DNA from: a virus
Taxonomy: Duplodnaviria > Caudoviricetes
Length of the DNA stretch: 64,000 bases
Strand: one strand, 5' to 3'
Virus record (IMG/VR): IMGVR_UViG_3300037067_026422
In this document: positions 28,833-37,804 of the stretch, piece by piece
How the letters are laid out: the number at the start of each line of letters is the position of its first letter
Position numbering within the stretch: position 1 is the stretch's first letter
Notes under the pieces: generated by a model
Database searches by the model: none
Seen by the model: the letters and a program-made list of their open reading frames with translations, nothing else
What the model was told of the DNA's origin: nothing
Made by a program: the position numbers and the translations under genes

Positions 28833-29051
28833 GACTGATAATGGCAAAGAAAAACTCATCCTCTATAAGCATAGCGATAACTTTTATATTGGATGATATA
28901 TCCTGAAGATATCAGGACTACTATATAATAACTGGAAGTTGTAAAAGAAAGATATGGCACATGACCTGTATCATCAAACCCGGAAAAATAACCAGCTACC
29001 GTGGAAGCCATAAAAATATAAAAGACATTGCTTAAACTATAGTACAGTTCT

Positions 29052-29080
29052 TTGTAAAATCTCATTCCTATAATTATATT
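29052..29080 (+). promoter_or_regulatory. sigma70-like promoter TTGTAA-17-TATATT driving the CRISPR leader and array
   Basis: Exact 17-nt spacing; same class as the other promoters; predicted start near 29087. Confidence 0.72.
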
Positions 29081-29086
29081 ATCAGT

Positions 29087-29272
29087 ATTCACCGGCAGGT
29101 TTGTCGGGGAGAGCACGCTGAGGTGTCCCGTTAGGGAGCCTGTGATGCGTGAAATGTCTTGCGTGTGCTGGGAGCACTGATCATTGACAGTTTGGGGAGG
29201 TATCAATTTTTGGGTCATGATAATAACACATTACCTGGGGTAATTTTAAAAATTGCCCTACCAAATATTGGA
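29087..29272 (+). ncRNA. Structured CRISPR leader RNA containing an anti-repeat (29154-29177)
   Basis: GC-rich island with hairpins; GCGTGTGCTGGGAGCAC (29161-29177) matches 15/17 of the repeat's reverse complement. Confidence 0.6.
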
Positions 29273-29546
29273 GTGTTCCCTGCACACGCGGGGATGAACC
29301 GTTTACACATGAGATCCATACGACTAAGGTGCTGTGTTCCCTGCACACGCGGGGATGAACCGTATTATCCTGCGCATGTTCGCCCTCCATTCCGGTGTTC
29401 CCTGCACACGCGGGGATGAACCGATCTTACTTTAATCAAACAAAATAGGAGGATTGTGTTCCCTGCACACGCGGGGATGAACCGCCAACTTGAATCAGTT
29501 TTTATGTCTGTTCTTGGGTGTTCCCTGCACACGCGGGAATGAACTG
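29273..29546 (+). CRISPR. Type I-E-like mini CRISPR array, 5 repeats / 4 spacers, no cas genes in window
   Basis: Repeat GTGTTCCCTGCACACGCGGGGATGAACCG (29 nt) at 29273, 29334, 29395, 29456 and degenerate at 29518 (two substitutions); spacers 32, 32, 32, 33 nt. Confidence 0.97.
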
Positions 29547-29635
29547 AAATTTAAACGGAATTTCTGACCTGGCTTGACAGGTATGATTTCATACAGGATC
29601 GGCTTTTAAACTTAATACTCCTTCTAAAATTTTTA

Positions 29636-29664
29636 TTGTTTAACTGACTTTAAAAAAGTATATT
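29636..29664 (+). promoter_or_regulatory. sigma70-like promoter TTGTTT-17-TATATT
   Basis: Exact spacing, AAAAAAG tract. Confidence 0.75.
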
Positions 29665-29673
29665 GTTAAAGTC

Positions 29674-30057
29674 ATGAAAACACTACTCAACATAACATAT
29701 ACCGAAAGTGAGAGGAAACTCTTATACTCCTCTCTTGCCCCCGTAACGCAGCCCTGGCATCTGGCTACACTTAAAGAGGCGTGTGAACAACTTACTACAG
29801 GAGACAACTGTCCTGAACGAATCCTCATCTTCAGATCCCTGCCGGACTCAGTAGAAAAAGATCTTTTCAGTTATGAACCATATGGAGAAGCTAAAACCTT
29901 TGTAATATTTTTAAATAAGCAATATCTTGAATTTAACTTTTGGACCAGACACCTAAAAAATTTTCTGTTCCAGTCTAAACTATCAGAAATGCCTTTGTAT
30001 CTGAATATGTATTTTATGAATTATCTTGCAGCTTGGAGATTAAGAATAGCCAAGTAA
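29674..30057 (+). CDS. PLYIN/WRLxIGK family protein
   Basis: TYTESE; LSEMPLYLN...LAAWRLRIAK. Confidence 0.8.
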   Translation: MKTLLNITYTESERKLLYSSLAPVTQPWHLATLKEACEQLTTGDNCPERILIFRSLPDSVEKDLFSYEPYGEAKTFVIFLNKQYLEFNFWTRHLKNFLFQSKLSEMPLYLNMYFMNYLAAWRLRIAK

Positions 30058-30093
30058 TAAGTACCTGTATAAAGAAAGGGAGCACCCGTACGT

Positions 30094-30774
30094 ATGAAAG
30101 CAGCTCCAGTCAGTGAATCAATACCCGTCAAAACTTCATTTCTGTCACGAGCAGCTGTAGCAAGAAAAAGCTGGTACCTCGACAGGAAGAGTATTAGGCA
30201 ACCCTCACAGTATCACTGGACGCTAAAAGAACGTGCCATCCTATATGATTTAAGAGTTATACATAAGAAATCTATCCCTGAAATCCAGAGATATTTCCGA
30301 AAACTTAGTGGTACTCCTATTTATCTTGGTACGAACTACGATAATGATAAATATTCACGTACCCGACTTCATAATCAAATTCGCATCGTCCGTGGGACCA
30401 TGAATGGACTCTGTCATAAATGCCGTAAGAAGCTCTCAAAAGATGACCTCAAGCGTATCAACAGACGAGATAAAGAAGATCCCTCTATGGGGCTCTGCAG
30501 TGCTTGTGCTGAGGATGTTTCGGACTACAAGAGAACTGCCCGTAAAAAAGCCCTCAAGGAAGGCATCTGTCCTATCTGCTCCAAGAGGAAGATCCTGCCC
30601 GGATACACGACATGTATAAAGTGCCTGAGTGCTTCTCATCGTCAGAGATACATAGAGGGACTCTGTGGTAGATGCGGGGATAAACCTCTGGCAAAGAATA
30701 GCATTTCTTTATGCAGTGCTTGTCTCAAGGAGACACGGGAGTTAGCCAGAGAATATCGTAAAAAACAAAAGTAA
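30094..30774 (+). CDS. Basic HTH-like plus multiple zinc-ribbon protein
   Basis: WTLKERAIL...KSIPEIQ; CxxC pairs CHKC/CSAC, CPIC/CIKC, CGRC/CSAC. Confidence 0.7.
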   Translation: MKAAPVSESIPVKTSFLSRAAVARKSWYLDRKSIRQPSQYHWTLKERAILYDLRVIHKKSIPEIQRYFRKLSGTPIYLGTNYDNDKYSRTRLHNQIRIVRGTMNGLCHKCRKKLSKDDLKRINRRDKEDPSMGLCSACAEDVSDYKRTARKKALKEGICPICSKRKILPGYTTCIKCLSASHRQRYIEGLCGRCGDKPLAKNSISLCSACLKETRELAREYRKKQK

Positions 30775-30799
30775 TCTTTTTTTATAACATTTTTTAACT

Positions 30800-31375
30800 A
30801 TGGGAGGTTTCATGTCAAGTAAACAGCGTTTGATCGTGTGGTGCAGTCTCGGTGGAGGGGGGATACTCACGAGTCTTATTCTTAGCATGATGTACTTTGG
30901 TACAGTCAACAATCATGCAGATATCCACAACCAAGCAGCGGCGCAGCAGAAAGCCAATGAGGTCATCTATGACGAGGTCTGGAAGGTACTCGCACAGAAA
31001 GCCGGTATCCTGGAAAAATACGCCGCTGATTTCAAATCGGTTTACACTTCGATCTTTGATGAACGATACCAGGGAGAAAACTCAGGGCAGTCACCGGCGT
31101 TTAAGTGGGTAGTCGAGCACAACCCGAGCTTCTCCGTGGAGATGTACAAAGATCTGTCGTCTGCTGTCGAAATCTATCGCGGTAAATTCTCCAGAGTGCA
31201 GCAGCGTTTGATTGACATCAAACGGGAAGACGATAATATGCACACCAAAATTCCAAGTAAGTGGTTCGTCGGCGGAAAGAAGGATTTGGAGATCAACATC
31301 GTGACATCAACCAAGACCGAAAAAGTCTTCATGACGGGCAAAGAAGATGACATCGAGCTGTTCCAGAAGAAGTAA
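30800..31375 (+). CDS. Membrane-anchored helical protein (LemA-like phage family)
   Basis: N-terminal TM; YDEVWKVL.QKA, KWVVEHNP, P.KWF. Confidence 0.55.
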   Translation: MGGFMSSKQRLIVWCSLGGGGILTSLILSMMYFGTVNNHADIHNQAAAQQKANEVIYDEVWKVLAQKAGILEKYAADFKSVYTSIFDERYQGENSGQSPAFKWVVEHNPSFSVEMYKDLSSAVEIYRGKFSRVQQRLIDIKREDDNMHTKIPSKWFVGGKKDLEINIVTSTKTEKVFMTGKEDDIELFQKK

Positions 31376-31385
31376 ACTACTCTGA

Positions 31386-31420
31386 AGCACGCACTCCTAT
31401 GGGGTGAGTGCTCTTATCTT
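31386..31420 (+). terminator. Probable terminator hairpin
   Basis: AGCAC-G-CACTCC-TAT-GGGGTG-A-GTGCT then a T-rich tail. Confidence 0.55.
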
Positions 31421-31438
31421 TGAAAAAGGATCAAAAGT

Positions 31439-32662
31439 ATGGCAACAGTATCTTATGTCTCATCTCGAATACAAGGAGCCTGGCTTACTTGGTTGTTCCG
31501 GCATCTGTGGGTCGAGGGTAATGAACTAAAAGCTGTCAAGATATGGTGTGATACTTTTCCAGATTTAGCTTCAAGGGAATATTTGGATGAGTACTTTATC
31601 CCTATCGTATCCGGAAAAAAGAAATTCATTGGTGAGTCAGATCCTGGATTCGATGTCGAAGATGACAATCGGTGTTGTTGGGATCCGGACCAGTCTGGTA
31701 AGGATAATACATCATTTCCACTGCTTGATAGCTGGCATGATGTGATTCTCCTCAAAAAAGTACACCTCTATATTGCTGAACTTGAACTACGTTCTTTTCG
31801 GTTAAACAGAACCTGTGCTCAAACACTGGAAGGATGCGGAGGGTATTCCCATAAATGGATCCAGGCTGTTGAGGAAAATAAATGCGAAAATACCCTTCGA
31901 AAAAAAGTGAACGAATACTGGACTGCAATTCACAATATCTCCATGCAATTTGCTCTGGATCTGAATCTTGAAATGCTTCCTACAGAAGATATCCCTTTAT
32001 TGACGGGTCCTACCGCAATAGATAAGCGTGAAATTAAAACAATCTGCCAACGAGATGCAATATATAATAGCATCATAGCATATCTCACTCCTATACAGAA
32101 CTACTTTAATAAAAAATATGAGGGTAGAGTATTTGTATATAAAGACAGCGATGTAAAGCTCCTCTGTGGCATATCGGAAGAGCACTTAATAGTAAGAATG
32201 AAGGCACTCGAACAAAATAATACTCCCCTTTTCCAAACTATATCAAAAGCTCTCCCTTCTGTTGATGTCGAATCTTTTGTCCAAGGGCTTCTTAAAGAAA
32301 ACGACCGTGGAGATGACATCAAACCGGAAGATATCATCAGTACTACCTGGAAATCCGGGTACATCGATCCATCAGGTAAATTCTATGGCTGCTCCGATCT
32401 TGGCCATGTGAACTTCTCTGAAGCTTTGTGTGAAAAGCTTGATCTTAAAAAGGGTGAGGAGATCGACAGTCAGCACCTTCTTGATATGAAGGGGTGGGTG
32501 AAGATTTCCATGTCCCGATTCTACTGGAGGGATGACTATAAGGTCACCTCTTCCCAAAAAATAGCGATGCATGATTATATGCATGGCAAAAATATGACCA
32601 AAGCACAGTTCAATACTTCTCTTTCATCCGAAGCCCAACTGTTCAGCGAATTTTTTGAATAA
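31439..32662 (+). CDS. Hypothetical protein
   Basis: 407 aa; C-terminal GYIDPSGKFY..H...GWVKI motif. Confidence 0.72.
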   Translation: MATVSYVSSRIQGAWLTWLFRHLWVEGNELKAVKIWCDTFPDLASREYLDEYFIPIVSGKKKFIGESDPGFDVEDDNRCCWDPDQSGKDNTSFPLLDSWHDVILLKKVHLYIAELELRSFRLNRTCAQTLEGCGGYSHKWIQAVEENKCENTLRKKVNEYWTAIHNISMQFALDLNLEMLPTEDIPLLTGPTAIDKREIKTICQRDAIYNSIIAYLTPIQNYFNKKYEGRVFVYKDSDVKLLCGISEEHLIVRMKALEQNNTPLFQTISKALPSVDVESFVQGLLKENDRGDDIKPEDIISTTWKSGYIDPSGKFYGCSDLGHVNFSEALCEKLDLKKGEEIDSQHLLDMKGWVKISMSRFYWRDDYKVTSSQKIAMHDYMHGKNMTKAQFNTSLSSEAQLFSEFFE

Positions 32663-32675
32663 AGAAAGGTGCCCA

Positions 32676-33806
32676 ATGCTTATTTATTTTGCCTTCATCA
32701 TTCCAATCCTTACCATCATTATTCTGATAATCTTCTTCCGCAGAAACGTGACCTGGTGGGAATATCTTCTTAACTTCTGTGTCCCGGCGATTCTTATCAT
32801 AGTAGCCAAACTCATATCTACTATCACTCAAACTCATGATACTGAGATATGGAACAACTTTCTTATCTCTGCTTCTTATGAGGAAGAGTGGAACGAATGG
32901 ATTGATAAGACTTGCTATCAGACTTGCTATGATCAGTGTCGAGATTCTGATGGAAAATATTATTCCTGTAACCCACATGACTGTCATCCTTATGACTGCT
33001 CCTACTGCCAAAACCACCCCTCAACATGGGAAGCTCTCACCAATAGTGGTAAAAGAATAACTATCACTCCCTATCAGTTTGAAAGCTATTGCAAACTATG
33101 GGGCAAACGAAACTTTGTCGATATGAATCGGGATTTTTATACCAAAGATGGTAATAAATATGTAAGTACTCCAGAAGGGGATATCAATCAGGTTATATCA
33201 GTCACTACCCAGCACACTTATGAAAATCGTGTAAAGTGCTCACGATCAGTATTTAACTTTCAGGATGTTGATTCCGAAGAAGTCAAAGAGTTTGGGCTGT
33301 ATGAATATCCAAGAATGGATAGATTCAACTATAACCCCATACAAGGTTACAATGATGTTAGGGCCTCCAAAAGACTCCAGCAGTACAACGCCAGACTTGG
33401 GACCGTTAAACAAGTACACATGATGATACTGGTGTTCAAAGATAAGCCTGTATCATCATATCAGGCGCAAGAAGCTTATTGGAAGGGTGGGAACAAGAAT
33501 GAGTTTACTCTATGCATCGGGCTAAAAAACAATAAAACTGAATGGGTAAAGGTCATCAGCTGGACTGAAGCTGATGACCTTAAAAAAGCTGTAGAGGTAC
33601 AGGTAAAAAGTATGCCTTTTGATCTGTTGAAAATATCAGACTACATGGCTGATCAAATAAGAGCAAAATATGTTCGGAAGCAATTCAAGGACTTTAGTTA
33701 TATTACTGTCGAACCTACAACCAGAGCTTTAATCTGGACGTTTGTTCTAAGTTTTATACTATCTGTAGGTCTTGCAGTATTCGTAGTAAAAAACGGTGCA
33801 GAATAA
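32676..33806 (+). CDS. Membrane protein with extracytoplasmic Cys-rich segment
   Basis: Two N-terminal TMs (WWEY), Cys cluster, YWKGGNKNE, C-terminal TM. Confidence 0.72.
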   Translation: MLIYFAFIIPILTIIILIIFFRRNVTWWEYLLNFCVPAILIIVAKLISTITQTHDTEIWNNFLISASYEEEWNEWIDKTCYQTCYDQCRDSDGKYYSCNPHDCHPYDCSYCQNHPSTWEALTNSGKRITITPYQFESYCKLWGKRNFVDMNRDFYTKDGNKYVSTPEGDINQVISVTTQHTYENRVKCSRSVFNFQDVDSEEVKEFGLYEYPRMDRFNYNPIQGYNDVRASKRLQQYNARLGTVKQVHMMILVFKDKPVSSYQAQEAYWKGGNKNEFTLCIGLKNNKTEWVKVISWTEADDLKKAVEVQVKSMPFDLLKISDYMADQIRAKYVRKQFKDFSYITVEPTTRALIWTFVLSFILSVGLAVFVVKNGAE

Positions 33807-33856
33807 AAGTGATAGTCCCTGCTTTAACTTTTAGTAGGTATAGAACGGACTAACAA

Positions 33857-34462
33857 ATGGATAAATTAGGTGAGATGGCAGCAGATTTCAAGAGAAACAA
33901 AATACGGGAGCTTCTCGATCAGTGTACCTATGCTCAGGTAGATCTGTTCAACAGGATGTATAGGTCCATTGATGATATCCAAGATGAAAAAATGGACAGA
34001 GCATATGATCAATGCCTTGCTACTATAGAAAAAAATAAGGTGGCATTGGATATGGCCTTTCAGAGCGAAAAGATTAATATGGAAGTCATTCTGAAATACC
34101 TCCCGACAGTAAGTATAGAGCATATCAAAAACTTTGTCCAGCTAAGTATATCAAAAGCCCTGGACAAACATGTTAATTTTGTGTCAGTAAAAGAAGACAA
34201 TGACTATTACCAGGAGCTGCGACAATTGTTTTCTCTGCTTCATTTTCTGAAACTGACCAAAGTTATATATGGAGAAGAGCTTGAAAAGATTGAAAAAGAA
34301 ACTATAAACTTTTTGGAGAATATCCTGCCGGAAGTTAAAGTTATTGCTATGCATATTGGAGAATTGGGCTGCTTTGGTATAGATGATATCAAAGAGTATA
34401 TATCTGAGGAATATTTAAAATTGTTCTGGTCGACAAAATCAGGTTATTTTAAGAAATCCTAA
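33857..34462 (+). CDS. Hypothetical protein
   Basis: 201 aa ORF. Confidence 0.65.
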   Translation: MDKLGEMAADFKRNKIRELLDQCTYAQVDLFNRMYRSIDDIQDEKMDRAYDQCLATIEKNKVALDMAFQSEKINMEVILKYLPTVSIEHIKNFVQLSISKALDKHVNFVSVKEDNDYYQELRQLFSLLHFLKLTKVIYGEELEKIEKETINFLENILPEVKVIAMHIGELGCFGIDDIKEYISEEYLKLFWSTKSGYFKKS

Positions 34463-34874
34463 ATATATTGTTACTCTTTTAATATATAGCCTGATTCAAA
34501 CACTCTGTGGTATATAAGAAGTGTGAGTGGTACATAAGATGTTACAAAAACTTATACCTTAAAGACAGAGCTGAGGTCATCAAAGATATATTAAAGGGGT
34601 GACTATATGCTTTTTAAAGTCCTATGTAATAAATGTAAAAAAAACCTGAAGATCCGTAAGGTATATAAAGAGGATCTTAGCTTTGTCTTAGTAGTCGATT
34701 CATGTAATACCCCTGGGTGCTTATTACCGCACCAACCGGATAATGAATCGGATTTCAAGAAGTATCTGTCAGATATGTTCCATATCGAATCATCTGATAG
34801 CTTTACAATAGATTTCAAATAAGAGCACCTTAAAACGCTCTTGTATAACATATTACATAATATAGGAGTACCAT

Positions 34875-35129
34875 ATGGCAATTCGTTTGAACCTTCGTGT
34901 GCTGCTTTTTGGCTCAATCTTTTCCGTAATAGTAACAATCATCGCTACAGGTCTAATTATTGGTGCTGTCTGCTGGCCTTATGCCATTAATACCTGGCTT
35001 GAGTTCTGTAGCAAAAATCCGCGTATTGTATGGTGGCAGGGAATGCTTATCGGTATAGTCCCGGGTATCGGACATATAGGGTTGGTATTGGCAATAGTTA
35101 CTTGGATCGCCATGCTGTTCTTGAAATAA
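34875..35129 (+). CDS. Small membrane protein
   Basis: AGGAG RBS; hydrophobic; WPYAINTW. Confidence 0.65.
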   Translation: MAIRLNLRVLLFGSIFSVIVTIIATGLIIGAVCWPYAINTWLEFCSKNPRIVWWQGMLIGIVPGIGHIGLVLAIVTWIAMLFLK

Positions 35130-35145
35130 CTTATAAAGGATATCT

Positions 35146-36162
35146 ATGAGAAAATTAACGTCAATACAAAAAGTCGAAGAAGTCTTTCCTATTTTAGGTG
35201 CAGATACCATAGAGCATATTAGGACGCAAGGTTGGCATGTAGTAGTAAAAAAAGAGCAGTTCAAGGTAAACGACCTATGTGTCTATTTTGAAATTGACAG
35301 CCTTTTACCCAACATACCTCAATTTGCTTTTCTGGAAAAAGGACAGAAACTTAAAAAATCAATCATAGAAAATGGAGTGGAAGTTGAAGGGTGGAGATTA
35401 AAAACAATAAGTTTACAAGGGCAAATCAGTCAGGGACTGGCACTTCCTTTAAATGATTTTCCGGATATCCTCAATCCTATAGAAGGTATGGATGTCACCA
35501 GTCTTATTGGTGTAAATAAATATGAGCCTCCGTTACCTGCATGCTTATCTGGAGAAGCCAAAGGGTCATTCCCCGGTTTCCTTAGTAAAACGGATGAGGA
35601 CAGAATACAAATTCTTTTACATATGCTCGATCAGTATCGTGGACAAAGATTCTATTTGACCACTAAACTTGACGGCTCTTCATGCACCTGTTTCAAGCAT
35701 GAAAATGAATTCAATGTTTGTGGAAGAACTCTCAACTTCAGAGAATCTGACACGAATCTTATGTGGAGGATCGCTAATCGGTATAACTTAAAGGAAAGAT
35801 TTCCCAACGGTTATTCCATCCAAAGTGAGTGCGCGGGAGAAGGAATACAAAAAAATCGACACAAGCTCAAGGGGCAGGATCTCTATATTTTTTACGTCGT
35901 CAATATTAATACTGGAGAATATCTAAAGCTTGATGATATGAAAGCCTTTGTTAAAGAAATAGGAATGAAGACTGTTCCAATTTTCAATGAGAACTTCATC
36001 CTGGATCATACTTTGGAACAAATCCTCGACATGGCAAATCAACCTTGCCCGTTGAATCCCACTGTCCCGCAGGAAGGCTTTGTCTTCAGACTGTATGACA
36101 GTACGAAAAAAATTACATTCAAAGCCATCTCTAATGAGTACCTACTTAAATATGGTCTTTAA
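35146..36162 (+). CDS. RNA ligase (DRB0094-like)
   Basis: RKLTSIQ..GADTIE..GWHVVV..VYFEIDS N-domain; KTDEDRIQ; TKLDGSS motif I; EGFVFR; FKAISN. Confidence 0.88.
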   Translation: MRKLTSIQKVEEVFPILGADTIEHIRTQGWHVVVKKEQFKVNDLCVYFEIDSLLPNIPQFAFLEKGQKLKKSIIENGVEVEGWRLKTISLQGQISQGLALPLNDFPDILNPIEGMDVTSLIGVNKYEPPLPACLSGEAKGSFPGFLSKTDEDRIQILLHMLDQYRGQRFYLTTKLDGSSCTCFKHENEFNVCGRTLNFRESDTNLMWRIANRYNLKERFPNGYSIQSECAGEGIQKNRHKLKGQDLYIFYVVNINTGEYLKLDDMKAFVKEIGMKTVPIFNENFILDHTLEQILDMANQPCPLNPTVPQEGFVFRLYDSTKKITFKAISNEYLLKYGL

Positions 36163-36724
36163 TAATAGAAATGACATTCCAGCTTTCCTCCATGAGGAAG
36201 GTTTGACAGGTTACGGGGCTGAGATAGGAGTTCTTCGCGGAGGGTTTTCCGAACAACTCCTGAAAAACTGGATGGGAAAAAAACTCTATCTCATTGATGC
36301 CTGGAGACACTTCGAAGATGTAGTCGATTTAAACAATAAATCAAAAGAATTTCAAGAATTCAATATCCTTGAAACTTTTAACATGATCTACCCGTACAAG
36401 GATAGGGCTTGTCTTATACGGGAACTATCTGTAGATGCTGCCAGGATATTACCTAATGACTATCTTGATTTCGTATACATTGATGCCTGTCATATGTATA
36501 ATGACGTAATAGCAGATTTATATGCATGGTATCCAAAAATAAAAGCAAATGGATATCTTATGGGGCACGATTACCTGGATGGGACTATAATCGAGGATGG
36601 ACTATACCCAACATGCTTTGAAGTAAAAAGTGCGGTTAATAGCTTTGCACTAATGAATAATGTGACTGTTTCTATTATACCCGACAAATTCTATCCATCG
36701 TGGTACATAAAGAAGGAAATCTAA
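36134..36724 (+). CDS. Class I SAM-dependent methyltransferase (Methyltransf_24-like)
   Basis: GAEIGVLRGGFS, LIDAW, DFVYIDACH, GHDY. Confidence 0.82.
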   Translation: MSTYLNMVFNNRNDIPAFLHEEGLTGYGAEIGVLRGGFSEQLLKNWMGKKLYLIDAWRHFEDVVDLNNKSKEFQEFNILETFNMIYPYKDRACLIRELSVDAARILPNDYLDFVYIDACHMYNDVIADLYAWYPKIKANGYLMGHDYLDGTIIEDGLYPTCFEVKSAVNSFALMNNVTVSIIPDKFYPSWYIKKEI

Positions 36725-37467
36725 TGAAAGCTCTTATACACGGGAACACCACAAGAAAAGGTAACATAGATCGAGTAAGCATATCTGATCCAGACTGTGC
36801 TATAGCTTACTGTGGGCTTGAAGAATTAGGGGCTGATACAGATATCATGGCTACCTGGATAGGCTTGTCCAAAGAGGAATTAGAATCATATGGTGTCTGT
36901 ATAGGTGGAGTCAACCAATGTAGACATGCTCTGTTTAAAATGGGCATCAAAAATTATGATATCCCCTGCTATCCGCTGAATCTCCAACATTTCATGGAAA
37001 GAAAAATAGAGATAACTACTATAGCAGAAGTCACTAATAAAATACTGAAACGAGAGTATACGGAGCCTAAATTTGTGAAGTCTATAGGACCGAAAGTTTT
37101 TACTCCCTTCAATACCAGTGAGATCGATTTAGATTTCTTATACTCTGTTGGAGAACAGGAACCGGTCTATGTGTCCGATATTGTAAGATTTATGACTGAG
37201 TGGCGGGTATATGTTAAAAATGGAGAGATAATAAAGCTGTGTCATTACTCTGGTAACCCTCGGGTGTTCCCTAATATTCTTATGATCAAAGTGATGATCT
37301 CAAATTTTCAAGGTCCTTGTTTTTATGCCCTCGATGTGGGTATCATAGGAACTACTACAGTACTGGTAGAAATAAATGACGGATATTCTCTTGGTAACTA
37401 TGGCTTATATCCGAGTGAGTATGCAGAGCTGCTTACTATGCGATGGAAAGAACTTACCGGAAAATGA
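36724..37467 (+). CDS. ATP-grasp protein (DUF4343/R2K-like)
   Basis: FVKS, EWRVYV, ALDVG, LVEINDGYSLGNYG. Confidence 0.78.
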   Translation: MKALIHGNTTRKGNIDRVSISDPDCAIAYCGLEELGADTDIMATWIGLSKEELESYGVCIGGVNQCRHALFKMGIKNYDIPCYPLNLQHFMERKIEITTIAEVTNKILKREYTEPKFVKSIGPKVFTPFNTSEIDLDFLYSVGEQEPVYVSDIVRFMTEWRVYVKNGEIIKLCHYSGNPRVFPNILMIKVMISNFQGPCFYALDVGIIGTTTVLVEINDGYSLGNYGLYPSEYAELLTMRWKELTGK

Positions 37468-37802
37468 TCAGATACAGCCCGGAACTAATACAGGAATTGT
37501 TTTTGTTCATTGTAGAGCATAAAATCTATGATGGCTCTATAGTAGAGATGTTTTTAACCAGAAAAACTTTTAACGGTTGTAGAATCAATATCTCTGACAT
37601 AGAAGCACAAGTAGTATTCAATAGAATGTTAAATTATTCTCATACCTGGATATCTCAGAAATTCCCCACCAAACTTCAAAAGAAAAATATGCAGGATATC
37701 AGGAAAGTGATCTTTGAGCTATCTCTTAATGATATGCCCAAGCACATCAATGATCCCCTAACCGGACCAATAGCATCCTGGCGATTGAACAAAGGGATAT
37801 AA
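37464..37802 (+). CDS. PLYIN/WRLxIGK family protein
   Basis: RYSPE; LNDMPKHIND...IASWRLNKGI. Confidence 0.8.
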   Translation: MIRYSPELIQELFLFIVEHKIYDGSIVEMFLTRKTFNGCRINISDIEAQVVFNRMLNYSHTWISQKFPTKLQKKNMQDIRKVIFELSLNDMPKHINDPLTGPIASWRLNKGI

Positions 37803-37804
37803 GC

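Noticed and set aside
28833-29035. Possible decayed gene or cas remnant upstream of the array
   Set aside because: Short stop-riddled frames with no recognisable Cas motif
29104-29175. Resemblance of the CRISPR leader to a TPP riboswitch (CGGGG...GCTGAG...CCCGT...CCTG...GCGT...GGGA)
   Set aside because: Key elements deviate (UGAGG not UGAGA, no ACCUGA or GCGUAGG, P3 loop only 2 nt), and the 3' part is better explained as the anti-repeat. A cmsearch with the Rfam TPP model would settle it.
29159-29419. ORFs spanning the CRISPR leader and array (29159+, 29181-, 28856-)
   Set aside because: Translations of non-coding repeat or leader DNA
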